Shown: positions 37,499-46,198 of the stretch, one piece after another
Layout: each line of letters opens with the position of its first letter
Numbering within the stretch: position 1 is the first letter of the stretch
Source: a virus
Taxonomy: Duplodnaviria > Heunggongvirae > Uroviricota > Caudoviricetes
DNA: 64,000 nucleotides
Strand: one strand, 5' to 3'
Virus record (IMG/VR): IMGVR_UViG_3300024268_000001
Made by a program: the position numbers and the translations under genes
Notes under the pieces: model-generated
What the model saw: the letters and a program-made list of their open reading frames with translations, nothing else
Told to the model about the DNA's origin: nothing
The model's database searches: none

Positions 37499-38274
37499 CT
37501 CGTCTTATAACCAAAGGGCAACATTTCGTCCTTTATAAATTCTTTATATTTATACAGTCCGATTTCTTCAATTACCCAATTTTCATCGACGGGTTTAGTA
37601 AAGTCAAAAACAGGAATACAGTCATATTTCGTATGCTGATTAAACTTATAGAGGTAGTTTAAGAACATAGCAATATCAGTATTGCAATAATCTATAAAAT
37701 TTTTGCACTCATCTACCGTAGCAAATCCGATATACTGATTTTTGAGTTTTAAGGCACTTTCGGGGACGTTTTGAACTGGAGTATATCTTTCCTTGGACAA
37801 AAGCGTACACCAGTCCCAGGCTCGTCTATGGCCTCTTATATCGCTTAATTGGATATACCAGGTATTCTTCTTTCCCTGTTCGGTTCCAATAGTCTTTTTT
37901 CCAACCAGATATGCATCTACAATCTTCGTAATTTCCTTATATTTCTCAGGATCCGAAAATCTGTTAAATCGTAAATCATAGAGGTCAAGTTTCTTTTGGT
38001 CAAACTTGAAAATACCTACATCCGAGAAAAATTCAGCATCTTCAAACTTTGCATCACCGACAACGGTTTCAATACGGCTAAAAGACTCAAATCTTTCATT
38101 GAGAATTTCGATATGCTTATTGTTGATATTTTCCTTAATACGATGATTGTCTACAAAATCAGTAGGTACAAGCCAAACGGCGGAATCTGCGAATTTCTCA
38201 CATTCCGACATTACTTTTAAATAAAGCTTTTCGCCTTTACCGATATATGGTGGATTTCCGATTATTGTAAACAT
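37495..38274 (-). CDS. N6-adenine (or N4-C) DNA methyltransferase, C-terminal fragment (motif IV + target-recognition region)
   Basis: Begins 'MFTIIGNPPYIGKG', which is catalytic motif IV (NPPY). The rest is a TRD-like region. Confidence 0.7.
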   Translation of the reverse strand: MFTIIGNPPYIGKGEKLYLKVMSECEKFADSAVWLVPTDFVDNHRIKENINNKHIEILNERFESFSRIETVVGDAKFEDAEFFSDVGIFKFDQKKLDLYDLRFNRFSDPEKYKEITKIVDAYLVGKKTIGTEQGKKNTWYIQLSDIRGHRRAWDWCTLLSKERYTPVQNVPESALKLKNQYIGFATVDECKNFIDYCNTDIAMFLNYLYKFNQHTKYDCIPVFDFTKPVDENWVIEEIGLYKYKEFIKDEMLPFGYKTR

Positions 38275-38663
38275 AGAAGGTCACGTTCAGCTTGTAGATT
38301 AGAAATAACTTTTAAAAAATCTCCGTCGTTATTTATTGTAATGGTCCAATCCTTACCGCTAACTACGTCGCCGTGCAAAAATTTGACATCACAAGAACTC
38401 GGTTGAATACTGAAAACTTTATCATCATATTTTTCTTGACTTTCATAGATGGCTTTAAATTTCTTTGAACAAAAACCAACACCAGAATATAAATTCGGGG
38501 CTTTAAATAAACCATAACAACATGGCAATCTTCCAAGGTTACTACTATAGTCCTGGCTTGAGAAATAACAGACTCTATCTATTAAATCGGAAGTAACAGA
38601 ATGTTTAATTGTCTTATCATTTCGAACAATCGAGAATTTAATCTTTTTCTTAAACCAAAGCAA
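38262..38663 (-). CDS. small protein, member of a 3-gene paralog insert
   Basis: '...LHGDVVSGKDWTITINNDGDFLKVISNLQAERDLL'. Compare the 38650 and 38975 products. Confidence 0.5.
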   Translation of the reverse strand: MLWFKKKIKFSIVRNDKTIKHSVTSDLIDRVCYFSSQDYSSNLGRLPCCYGLFKAPNLYSGVGFCSKKFKAIYESQEKYDDKVFSIQPSSCDVKFLHGDVVSGKDWTITINNDGDFLKVISNLQAERDLLCLQ

Positions 38664-39045
38664 TTTCAGTCTCCAGGTTATAAATCAATTTTTCAAAACT
38701 AAATTGAGAATCTAATGTAATCGTCCAGTCATGGCATTTAACAGTATCGCCAAGCTTGAAACTCGCGCCACAATCATCAAGATTCTTATAGCTAGAGCCA
38801 AACATTACATCCTGATATTCTTCCGGGTACAATACCATGTATTTTGTAAATTCTTGATTATCATTAGTAAAACTTAATCGGGTATCGTCTTTTCGAGAAG
38901 AATTACAAAGGTAATATTTTCGTGTTTTACCGTTATGAACAATCTTTACTCTTAAAGTATTAGAACTATGTCTTCTACTGCAATACATATTCCATTTCCA
39001 AGTTGTTGAAGAGACGTTTAAAATCACCAGTAGTATTAAGTTCAA
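38650..39045 (-). CDS. small protein, member of a 3-gene paralog insert
   Basis: '...KLGDTVKCHDWTITLDSQFSFEKLIYNLETEIALV'. Confidence 0.5.
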   Translation of the reverse strand: MNLILLVILNVSSTTWKWNMYCSRRHSSNTLRVKIVHNGKTRKYYLCNSSRKDDTRLSFTNDNQEFTKYMVLYPEEYQDVMFGSSYKNLDDCGASFKLGDTVKCHDWTITLDSQFSFEKLIYNLETEIALV

Positions 39046-39433
39046 TAGTCCAGGTAGGAAATACTACCTTATCGCCACGTTTGAGAATATATGTTGCATC
39101 ACATGGATATACATGAGAACCATAATGTACACGTGTTTCAACTTCATCATGTTCAGACATATATCTTACACCAAATCCATAAATTTCTTCAGGTGTTGGA
39201 TTATGCAGCTGACCCATCGAAAGAATATCATAATATTGCGACATACTATCAAAACGTTGTGTCAAATCCGGCTTATATTTATCGCTGCTATAAATTGTAG
39301 TCTTAAACCAAGGCGCATATTCGAGACGACTTGAACGACCATTTCGAAAAACAGTAAATAAAACCGGTTTTTCATGTTTCACCGATTCTTTGGTTTCAGG
39401 CTCATCATAGATATGTTTATAATCTGTCAACAT
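38975..39433 (-). CDS. small protein, member of a 3-gene paralog insert
   Basis: '...LKRGDKVVFPTWTIELNTTGDFKRLFNNLEMEYVLQ'. Confidence 0.5.
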   Translation of the reverse strand: MLTDYKHIYDEPETKESVKHEKPVLFTVFRNGRSSRLEYAPWFKTTIYSSDKYKPDLTQRFDSMSQYYDILSMGQLHNPTPEEIYGFGVRYMSEHDEVETRVHYGSHVYPCDATYILKRGDKVVFPTWTIELNTTGDFKRLFNNLEMEYVLQ

Positions 39434-39879
39434 ACAAATTCCGCAAATCCGCTATTTTCAATTTTTGTTTCATCGACTTCTTCTTTAGGTTTCCAGTTTT
39501 CAAAATCCCACTTAAAGAAATCGGCACATACAATATTTTTGTTTACAATTTTACTGTATTTAGGTCCAACAATTTCAAGAATTCTTTGGACACACAAATC
39601 TCTGTTATCCTGCATTAATTCAACACCGTAAAGTGTCTTTACTGCATCTTCAACCGAAATTCCAGAAGCAAGACGTTTTTCAAGCATACGAACAAGGATG
39701 TTTCCGCTTCCCGCTGTAGGATCCAAAAATGTGGCTTTAGGGTCTTTCCATTTTTCTTCAGGAATTTTAGTAATCATTTGGTCAATAACTGCAAATGGTG
39801 TAAATACTTCACCGTTCTTGGTGATACGTTCTTTAGAACGTTGAATTCCATCATTAGTAGTAAATAACTCTTTAGACAT
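39427..39879 (-). CDS. DNA methyltransferase, N-terminal fragment (SAM-binding motifs X/I-III)
   Basis: 'GEVFTPFAVIDQMI' (motif X-like), 'FLDPTAGSGNIL' (motif I, FxGxG) and 'IVCADFF' (motif III). Ends 25 aa later, and the NPPY motif is missing. Confidence 0.7.
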   Translation of the reverse strand: MSKELFTTNDGIQRSKERITKNGEVFTPFAVIDQMITKIPEEKWKDPKATFLDPTAGSGNILVRMLEKRLASGISVEDAVKTLYGVELMQDNRDLCVQRILEIVGPKYSKIVNKNIVCADFFKWDFENWKPKEEVDETKIENSGFAEFVC

Positions 39880-39916
39880 AATTTAAATATAACAATTTTT
39901 CTTAATTTTGTAAGCG

Positions 39917-40699
39917 CTATCGTGATGCATAGCTTTCAGACCAGTCTTCTTTTTCGATAGCATGCATTTTTGCATATGAATCTTTACTGTCACCTTCAAA
40001 TTTAGCCAAATCACTTAGTAAATCACAGTTATGCATAATTGCTTTTGCGGTACATTCCTTAAATCTTCTAACATCATCACTGTTTTTAATTGAAAGTATG
40101 GCATTCAAGTTATAGAAAAAACAATCCATATCTTCTTTATCTGAATTTACTCTAATAGTCTGACATGTATGATAAAAACCTTTTGTTTTTCCAATAGAAT
40201 ATATACAATTTTTTATAATGTTTGCTCTGGCAGAATTTTTATTTACAAACATTTTTCCAAGTTCATAAGTATCAAAACTATATTCTAGTTCATAAAATCT
40301 ATATTCATATCTATATGTTTTAGGGTCATTTTTCAAATGATATTTTCCAACTCTTTTATTATATCTTGCACGTATATTTAAAATAACATCATTATCCGAA
40401 TGTTTTATATTGAAAATGATGGTAGAATATGGTATAATATCTGTAACTTCTTCAGGTTCAATTATAGAACCATTATATGTTACTGGTGCTTTATTAAATG
40501 CCGAAACATCATAACCGCATACTTCAATACCATATTTTTCAAACAGTTTAATAATCTGAAAAATTTCACCTTTTCTAGCTGTTATTTCTTTCTTTGTCTG
40601 TTTGATTTTATCAATAACTTTATTATACTGCTTGATGGGTTTATCAAGAAGTTTGTTAATATCGTTTCCAATTTTAATATCTAAATCTTTCATAATCAA
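39917..40699 (-). CDS. family-B protein (paralog of the 41096 and 42054 products)
   Basis: Shares the block 'D.FF.L...L.......RF...T.KA...N...L' with the 41096 and 42054 products. Confidence 0.5.
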   Translation of the reverse strand: MIMKDLDIKIGNDINKLLDKPIKQYNKVIDKIKQTKKEITARKGEIFQIIKLFEKYGIEVCGYDVSAFNKAPVTYNGSIIEPEEVTDIIPYSTIIFNIKHSDNDVILNIRARYNKRVGKYHLKNDPKTYRYEYRFYELEYSFDTYELGKMFVNKNSARANIIKNCIYSIGKTKGFYHTCQTIRVNSDKEDMDCFFYNLNAILSIKNSDDVRRFKECTAKAIMHNCDLLSDLAKFEGDSKDSYAKMHAIEKEDWSESYASR

Positions 40700-41094
40700 C
40701 CAGGCAAAACATCAAATGTTTGTTCAACAGCATGCATTTTTAAACGTAAATCGATTTTATAAAAATCAACCTCTCCATCATAGATAGCTTTCAAAAAGAT
40801 TTTAAGATCTTCTCTTTCCATCTTATTAAACCAGAACATATGCATATCATCGTTCGGTTTATTTCCATTATGGATTGACATAGCGCTACTGTGAAGTTTT
40901 ACGCACAACTGATGTCCTGGTAAATGATAATAAACCGAATGATAACCCTTTATAAATCCAAAAGTTTTCAAAAATGCATCCATAATATCACGTATATGGT
41001 CAGCAAACGCTGGAGCTTCATCCAGACATTGCATAAAATACGCAAGTTTCATCTCTTTTGGCATATCTGCAAAATTTGAAAGTTTAAATTTCAT
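40696..41094 (-). CDS. family-C small protein (paralog of the 41672 product), C-terminus '...VLPG'
   Basis: 132 aa. Ends 'FDVLPG'. Confidence 0.5.
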   Translation of the reverse strand: MKFKLSNFADMPKEMKLAYFMQCLDEAPAFADHIRDIMDAFLKTFGFIKGYHSVYYHLPGHQLCVKLHSSAMSIHNGNKPNDDMHMFWFNKMEREDLKIFLKAIYDGEVDFYKIDLRLKMHAVEQTFDVLPG

Positions 41095-41095
41095 A

Positions 41096-41668
41096 TTATT
41101 CGAGTTTGTTAATTGATTTTAACATCAATAAGTTTTGTTTTGCTGCCTTACATGTAAAATCTCTGTATCTGATAAAATCATCTTCAGTAGTTATTTCGGT
41201 TAATGCATCAATTAGCATAAAGAATGTATCTACCTTTTCTGGTTCGGTATCGGCAAAAATCTGAATGAACGGTGTTTCATTAGTAGCCCTAGCGTAATGA
41301 TATTTTATTGTATCTTTCTTAGCTACATATCCGCCTTTATGACGAATAGACAAATATAGACGACCATTTAATTCTTCTTTTTTAGAAGCAGAAACATTAT
41401 AATTTAAAACTACAGAATGTGTATTTTCTTTACGAATATGAATTGCTGCAAACTTATTATCATTAACTGCATCAATAGATGGTTCTATTACTTCATGGTA
41501 TATAATTTTATATCCTCTTGAAGTAATCATATTTTCAAGAATTTCTGCATCTTCTTTATTTTTCTCATATATAGAACGAAACCGGTTAATAGCCCGGTCG
41601 CGTAAATTATTATAATATTCTTTTATACGCTCAATATTGTCGTCTACTATATTTGAAAATTTACACAT
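41096..41668 (-). CDS. family-B protein
   Basis: 'DTFFMLIDALTEITTEDDFIRYRDFTCKAAKQNLLMLKSINKLE'. Confidence 0.5.
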   Translation of the reverse strand: MCKFSNIVDDNIERIKEYYNNLRDRAINRFRSIYEKNKEDAEILENMITSRGYKIIYHEVIEPSIDAVNDNKFAAIHIRKENTHSVVLNYNVSASKKEELNGRLYLSIRHKGGYVAKKDTIKYHYARATNETPFIQIFADTEPEKVDTFFMLIDALTEITTEDDFIRYRDFTCKAAKQNLLMLKSINKLE

Positions 41669-41671
41669 ATA

Positions 41672-42070
41672 TTACCCAGGTAATTTGTCGATTGCTTCTT
41701 TCACTTCGGCTTCTTTAATTGCTAAACAATACTTTCTGTAATATTCTAAAAAGTCTTCTTTAGATTCGTCATCTACATAATGCATTATAACCGCTGGAAG
41801 AAGAGTCATTTCATCACTGCAAATTTTAAAACTCTGCTCAAGATTTATTATCTCCAGCAATGTACAAAAATTATTAGTCTTTGCAGATTCAATAGCTGCA
41901 TTTTCCGGCGCAGTTACAACAATATTTCCATCAATGTAAAATTTTACTAATTCTTTATAAAGATTACTAACTTCACATGTAATAACTTTGCATTTGGCAA
42001 AATTTAAACACGTGTATTTATTAGTACCAGGTGAAGAATGTAGTAACAGCATATTAATCCAGCTTTTCAA
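41672..42070 (-). CDS. family-C small protein, C-terminus 'EAIDKLPG'
   Basis: 132 aa. Ends 'KEAEVKEAIDKLPG', the same tail as the 57-63 kb array. Confidence 0.5.
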   Translation of the reverse strand: MKSWINMLLLHSSPGTNKYTCLNFAKCKVITCEVSNLYKELVKFYIDGNIVVTAPENAAIESAKTNNFCTLLEIINLEQSFKICSDEMTLLPAVIMHYVDDESKEDFLEYYRKYCLAIKEAEVKEAIDKLPG

Positions 42071-42647
42071 TGCATTTCAATGTTTCCATATCTTGACGTG
42101 CCATATAGCATACGCCAGTTCTGTAACGTTCTGAATTCTGGTTTTTACGTACTTCTTCCAATTCGTTGAGCAAATTGAAGAAAATATCCTTCAATTCTTT
42201 CGGGCTGTCGACACGTACATGACAACGAGGACGTGCATTCATAGCGCTAATCATAACATTTCGCTGTGCTTCCCAATCATCGCTATATGCATTGTTGTAC
42301 ATGGTATCGTCGAATGTCGCACGCATAGTTACATAGTAACGGCCGGTTTTCTTCTTGTTGTTACTGGCCATATCGATATGGTGCTTAATTCCGTCTTTTC
42401 CCTTTTGAACAATAAACGGAACACGGTTTGATTCAAAATTGAAAACAGAAAAACCGATAATGGAATATCCATATTCAGCAAACATGGTTTCAAAATGCTT
42501 AAGCTGATTTTCATAGATCTCTTGGAGTTCTATGCTTCTACGACGCTTGGAGTCGATAGCATGCTTAATATGCTCGATTTGTTCAAGCATTTTGTTTTCG
42601 TCTTTTGTAACTGCGGCATTTACTGCTTCTAAGAAATTTTTATACAT
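42054..42647 (-). CDS. family-B protein
   Basis: 'DIFFNLLNELEEVRKNQNSERYRTGVCYMARQDMETLKCIEKLD'. A -10 hexamer lies 6 nt before the ATG. Confidence 0.5.
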   Translation of the reverse strand: MYKNFLEAVNAAVTKDENKMLEQIEHIKHAIDSKRRRSIELQEIYENQLKHFETMFAEYGYSIIGFSVFNFESNRVPFIVQKGKDGIKHHIDMASNNKKKTGRYYVTMRATFDDTMYNNAYSDDWEAQRNVMISAMNARPRCHVRVDSPKELKDIFFNLLNELEEVRKNQNSERYRTGVCYMARQDMETLKCIEKLD

Positions 42648-42661
42648 GACTATAATATAAT

Positions 42662-42690
42662 AAAAAGGCTGACTTTCGTCAACCTTTTTT
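42662..42690 (-). promoter_or_regulatory. conserved promoter/hairpin element, copy 4
   Basis: Plus strand reads aaaaaggctGACTTTCGTCAAcctttttt. On the minus strand this is GGTTGACgaaagtcagcctttttatTATATTatagtcATG. Confidence 0.55.
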
Positions 42691-42710
42691 ATTTTAACTA
42701 TTACAGTGTG

Positions 42711-44027
42711 TTAATCTTGTTTCAAAGTTACATTAATTTCATAACCCTTACCGTACTTATAGTTAGGAATATACTTAGTAATGAATTCTTCGAAATATTC
42801 CTTATTTTCCGGATAAGTAAGGTTATAAGTATTACCGTCCATATCTTCTTCAGCTAGGTCGTAATTCAATTCTTTACTACAGAACTTAGTCCAGTTTTCC
42901 GGAGTTCCTGTAATCTTGAGAGCCCAGGTTCTTTCGGAATATGTGGTAAAGTAAGTAATATAGTTGGAATTTTCACCATATGGACCATAGTGACCCCAGT
43001 CTGCAACCGGTTCTTCATCAACATCCTGAGAAACAGTAGCTTGTGTATGCTGTTCGGAAACATTCAAACCGAAATCGGCAAAGAAATCCTTGATAGCAGC
43101 AGTATCTACCCATGTCCAAGATTTACTAGAATCAAAATCGGCCTTTCTGTGAATCATACCAATGGTAGTGCTACCCATTTGTTGAGCATCCTTACCGAGT
43201 GCATTAGCTTCAGCACGTTTTTTCATAGCACGCTGAAGCATTTCCTTACGGGTTTCAGCAGTCTCCTTCGGAGCTTCTTCACCCTTCTTAGGTCTGTAAT
43301 CTTCAAGACCATAGGCCTTTGCATTCATGTGATATGTTCTACGGCCTTCCGGTGTACGATTGTCCGCAGCCTTTGTCGTTTCGTGCTTAATGTAAGTATT
43401 GACAATAAGAGTAATTTCGTTAGTTGCTTCGTTGAGAACCGCTTCATAGCCTAGACGCTTGAGGGTTTCAAGTGCTTCTTCAACTTTGTTTTTACCCTTA
43501 TCAGACTTCTTAGACTTAAACGCAAACCACTTGGACTTCTTGTTTTTCTTCTTACCTCCACAGCAGCAACTTTCGTTTTCGAGGTTCGTTTCTGGATCCA
43601 CATAGGAATCATCTTCGAGACCTGTTTGCTGTTCGTCCTGGACTGCCTGTTCTGGAGTACCGAACATCTTAACGAATTCATCATAAGAAGTTTCATTGAA
43701 CCATACCGGAATTTCAGTATCGTTCATTTCCGCCTTCCAAAGTTCATCGTCACCGTCAAACGGATAATTGAGGTCCTGTAAACCATTTACCGGCAATGCG
43801 TCATGCCAAAGAGTATACTGGTCATCTTTACCGCCGAGTGCTTCGTATTCTTCGAACCAATCATTACCGGTCTTTCCGGAATTATCACAAGAACCGTCAG
43901 CACAAGAACCGTCGCCGCATTCATTTATGAAATTATTGCGGAAAGCACGGAATTCATTCCTGAACTTGAATTCTGCAGGAAGTGAATCTAAATGTTGTTC
44001 ATCGTGAGAATACATTAACACCTCCAA
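42711..44027 (-). CDS. acidic, Cys-cluster-containing hypothetical protein (438 aa)
   Basis: 'CGDGSCADGSCDNSG' and 'SCCCGGKKKNKKSKW'. Confidence 0.5.
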   Translation of the reverse strand: MEVLMYSHDEQHLDSLPAEFKFRNEFRAFRNNFINECGDGSCADGSCDNSGKTGNDWFEEYEALGGKDDQYTLWHDALPVNGLQDLNYPFDGDDELWKAEMNDTEIPVWFNETSYDEFVKMFGTPEQAVQDEQQTGLEDDSYVDPETNLENESCCCGGKKKNKKSKWFAFKSKKSDKGKNKVEEALETLKRLGYEAVLNEATNEITLIVNTYIKHETTKAADNRTPEGRRTYHMNAKAYGLEDYRPKKGEEAPKETAETRKEMLQRAMKKRAEANALGKDAQQMGSTTIGMIHRKADFDSSKSWTWVDTAAIKDFFADFGLNVSEQHTQATVSQDVDEEPVADWGHYGPYGENSNYITYFTTYSERTWALKITGTPENWTKFCSKELNYDLAEEDMDGNTYNLTYPENKEYFEEFITKYIPNYKYGKGYEINVTLKQD

Positions 44028-44030
44028 AAA

Positions 44031-44408
44031 TTAAGCGGTGAAAGTATTCTTAGCGTTAGAAATGTCAACACCAATGTGACGGAAAAGGTCAACCATTGTA
44101 CCACCGGCAGTAAGACCGATTTTCTGGTCAACGAAGTTTTCGTACTTGGCCTTGGCGTCAATAGAATCGAACTGGTCTTCGGAAACGACCTGATTCTTAG
44201 CATAGTCGACAATAGCCTGAACGAGGTCCTGAGCAAGGTTCTTGAAACCTTCCTTAAGGTCACCATTCTTAACATACTGTGCAATCATGCTAGCGGCACC
44301 ACCCATCGGAGCTGCAGCAGGCTGAGCCTGAGGAGCAGCGGCAAGAGCAGCTTCTTCGTCGAGCTTCTGACGCATATAGGTCTTGAAATCTACATCTTTT
44401 AAATCCAT
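44031..44408 (-). CDS. hypothetical protein with an Ala/Pro/Gln-rich linker
   Basis: 125-aa ORF. 4-nt gap to the upstream gene. Confidence 0.45.
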   Translation of the reverse strand: MDLKDVDFKTYMRQKLDEEAALAAAPQAQPAAAPMGGAASMIAQYVKNGDLKEGFKNLAQDLVQAIVDYAKNQVVSEDQFDSIDAKAKYENFVDQKIGLTAGGTMVDLFRHIGVDISNAKNTFTA

Positions 44409-44434
44409 AATTGTTTCTCCTAATTTTTTATTAT

Positions 44435-44785
44435 TTATAGTTCCTTGGCCAGTTCCTTAACTGCGTCCTTGTATTTCTTGATAAGAATACGAGATTCCGC
44501 ACCGACTTCAAGCAAAGCCTGTCCAGCCTTAAAAATTCGCTTGTTTGCCTTCATCAATGTCTTGATTTTGCCCTTATTTTTACTTCCGGTAAGAGTGAAT
44601 GTTACTTCGCCTCCCTTAGAAACAGTAATAGAACCAATTTCTCCGGTTTCATCGGTACAAGTCATTGAATTGTCGACGATTTTAATCTTGGAGTCCCTAT
44701 AAAAACTGTACTTGAATCCAGCCTTTGTAAGAATATCCAAGATTTTGTTTAATTTTGGGTCAATTTCTTTAAAATCTCTAGTCAT
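44435..44785 (-). CDS. hypothetical protein
   Basis: 116-aa ORF. Confidence 0.45.
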   Translation of the reverse strand: MTRDFKEIDPKLNKILDILTKAGFKYSFYRDSKIKIVDNSMTCTDETGEIGSITVSKGGEVTFTLTGSKNKGKIKTLMKANKRIFKAGQALLEVGAESRILIKKYKDAVKELAKEL

Positions 44786-44802
44786 ATATTATTTATAGAA
44801 GG

Positions 44803-45318
44803 TTAGTAAAATTTGGCATTTTTATATACATAGAAATCGACGTCAAAATCGTCTCCTTCCTGACCATGTGCTTCACCAGTCTTTTCCTTTTTCCAAAATT
44901 TTTCATCTACTTCTGGAAAGAAAACGTCTGCTTCCGGGAATTCCTGATTTACTTCCGTAATATAGAGATAGTCTACACAGCCCGTATTCATCATCTGGCG
45001 ATATATTGTAGCTCCGCCTATAACAAATACTTCCGTCTCGTTTTTTGAGGCCACGTAGTCCATTGCGAGCTGTAAAGTGGGCTTTACGACACAACCTTCT
45101 GCCTTATATTCAGGATTGCTTGAAACTACTACATTTGTTCGATTCGGAAGAGCCTTGCCTATAGATTCAAAACAGCGACGGCCCATAATGACACAGTGTC
45201 CGCTGGTTAGTTCCTTGAAATGCTTCAAGTCAGATTTGATATGCCAAGGCATACAATTTTTGGAACTTATACCGATTTCGTTTTTAAGCCCCTTGGCAAC
45301 GATTAAACTAATTTTCAT
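44803..45318 (-). CDS. folA: dihydrofolate reductase
   Basis: 'MKISLIVAKGLKNEIG...MPWHIKSDLKHFKELTSGHCVIMGRRCFESIG...RTNVVVS'. Canonical DHFR N-terminal signature. Confidence 0.85.
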   Translation of the reverse strand: MKISLIVAKGLKNEIGISSKNCMPWHIKSDLKHFKELTSGHCVIMGRRCFESIGKALPNRTNVVVSSNPEYKAEGCVVKPTLQLAMDYVASKNETEVFVIGGATIYRQMMNTGCVDYLYITEVNQEFPEADVFFPEVDEKFWKKEKTGEAHGQEGDDFDVDFYVYKNAKFY

Positions 45319-45640
45319 ATTCTAGTCCTTCAAATTCAAGTTGTCGTTCTTTATACATTTTACGACTTTCACGAGTTTTAATTTTTCGTTTTTCTGTTTC
45401 TTTCATCTTAATATATTGATGAGCATTAACATGCCTGTAACAATACTTAAGACACTTACCCATTTTAATAAGCAGCAAATGACAGATATGATGTTCTTTC
45501 GGAGAAAGCTCGATTTTATTTTCTTTCTTGTTACTTCCGCCTTCAGACCTTGGAATTATGTGATGGTTTTCTATTTGTCCTATTAATAATCTGTTTTTTG
45601 CTCTTTCAATTATTCTATTATAGATTTTCTCGTAATCCAA
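45308..45640 (-). CDS. HNH endonuclease (putative homing endonuclease)
   Basis: 'HHIIPRSEGGSNKKENKIELSPKEHHICH'. Overlaps the DHFR gene by 11 nt. Confidence 0.65.
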   Translation of the reverse strand: MDYEKIYNRIIERAKNRLLIGQIENHHIIPRSEGGSNKKENKIELSPKEHHICHLLLIKMGKCLKYCYRHVNAHQYIKMKETEKRKIKTRESRKMYKERQLEFEGLEYEN

Positions 45641-45641
45641 A

Positions 45642-46103
45642 CTAATATCCTTTGTTGGAGGTTGTAGACAATTCTCTCAGAGCGTTCTTTTGAATGTCAT
45701 TCGACATAAAGAATTCTGACGGAATACCAAGTATTTCACCGATGTATTCGTTTTTAATTCGATAACAGCTTCTAACTCTCTCCTTTCTATACATTTTCAA
45801 GCCATAACCAATATTTGAATAACATCTATTGAGCTCATAGCCATTGAAAATAGTTGGAACGTCCTTATCCATAATATTCTTCATTTTCTGCATATTAACA
45901 AGTATCTTCATAACAATATCGGTATTGAAGTAATGAAAATTTATTCCAGCAAAATGCGGATCCATCGGAGGTGCAAAAGCACAGTAAATAACTGGCGATT
46001 TATCACTTCCGATAATATCTTTTGCCTGATAATTGAATGTATAAAAATAGCCAGCAATAACTTGACTGGTATATACAAGCGCTTCATTAGTATCAACTGC
46101 CAT
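45642..46103 (-). CDS. hypothetical protein
   Basis: 153-aa ORF. Confidence 0.45.
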   Translation of the reverse strand: MAVDTNEALVYTSQVIAGYFYTFNYQAKDIIGSDKSPVIYCAFAPPMDPHFAGINFHYFNTDIVMKILVNMQKMKNIMDKDVPTIFNGYELNRCYSNIGYGLKMYRKERVRSCYRIKNEYIGEILGIPSEFFMSNDIQKNALRELSTTSNKGY

Positions 46104-46147
46104 ACGTTATTTATGTTAATATAGCTTTATTTTAATAACAATAAACA

Positions 46148-46174
46148 AAAAACTCAGTAATAATACTGAGTTTT
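46148..46174. terminator. intrinsic terminator
   Basis: Hairpin aaaactcagtaataatactgagttttt, with U-runs in both orientations. Confidence 0.65.
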
Positions 46175-46198
46175 TGAATATAAAGGATTGTTTATCTA

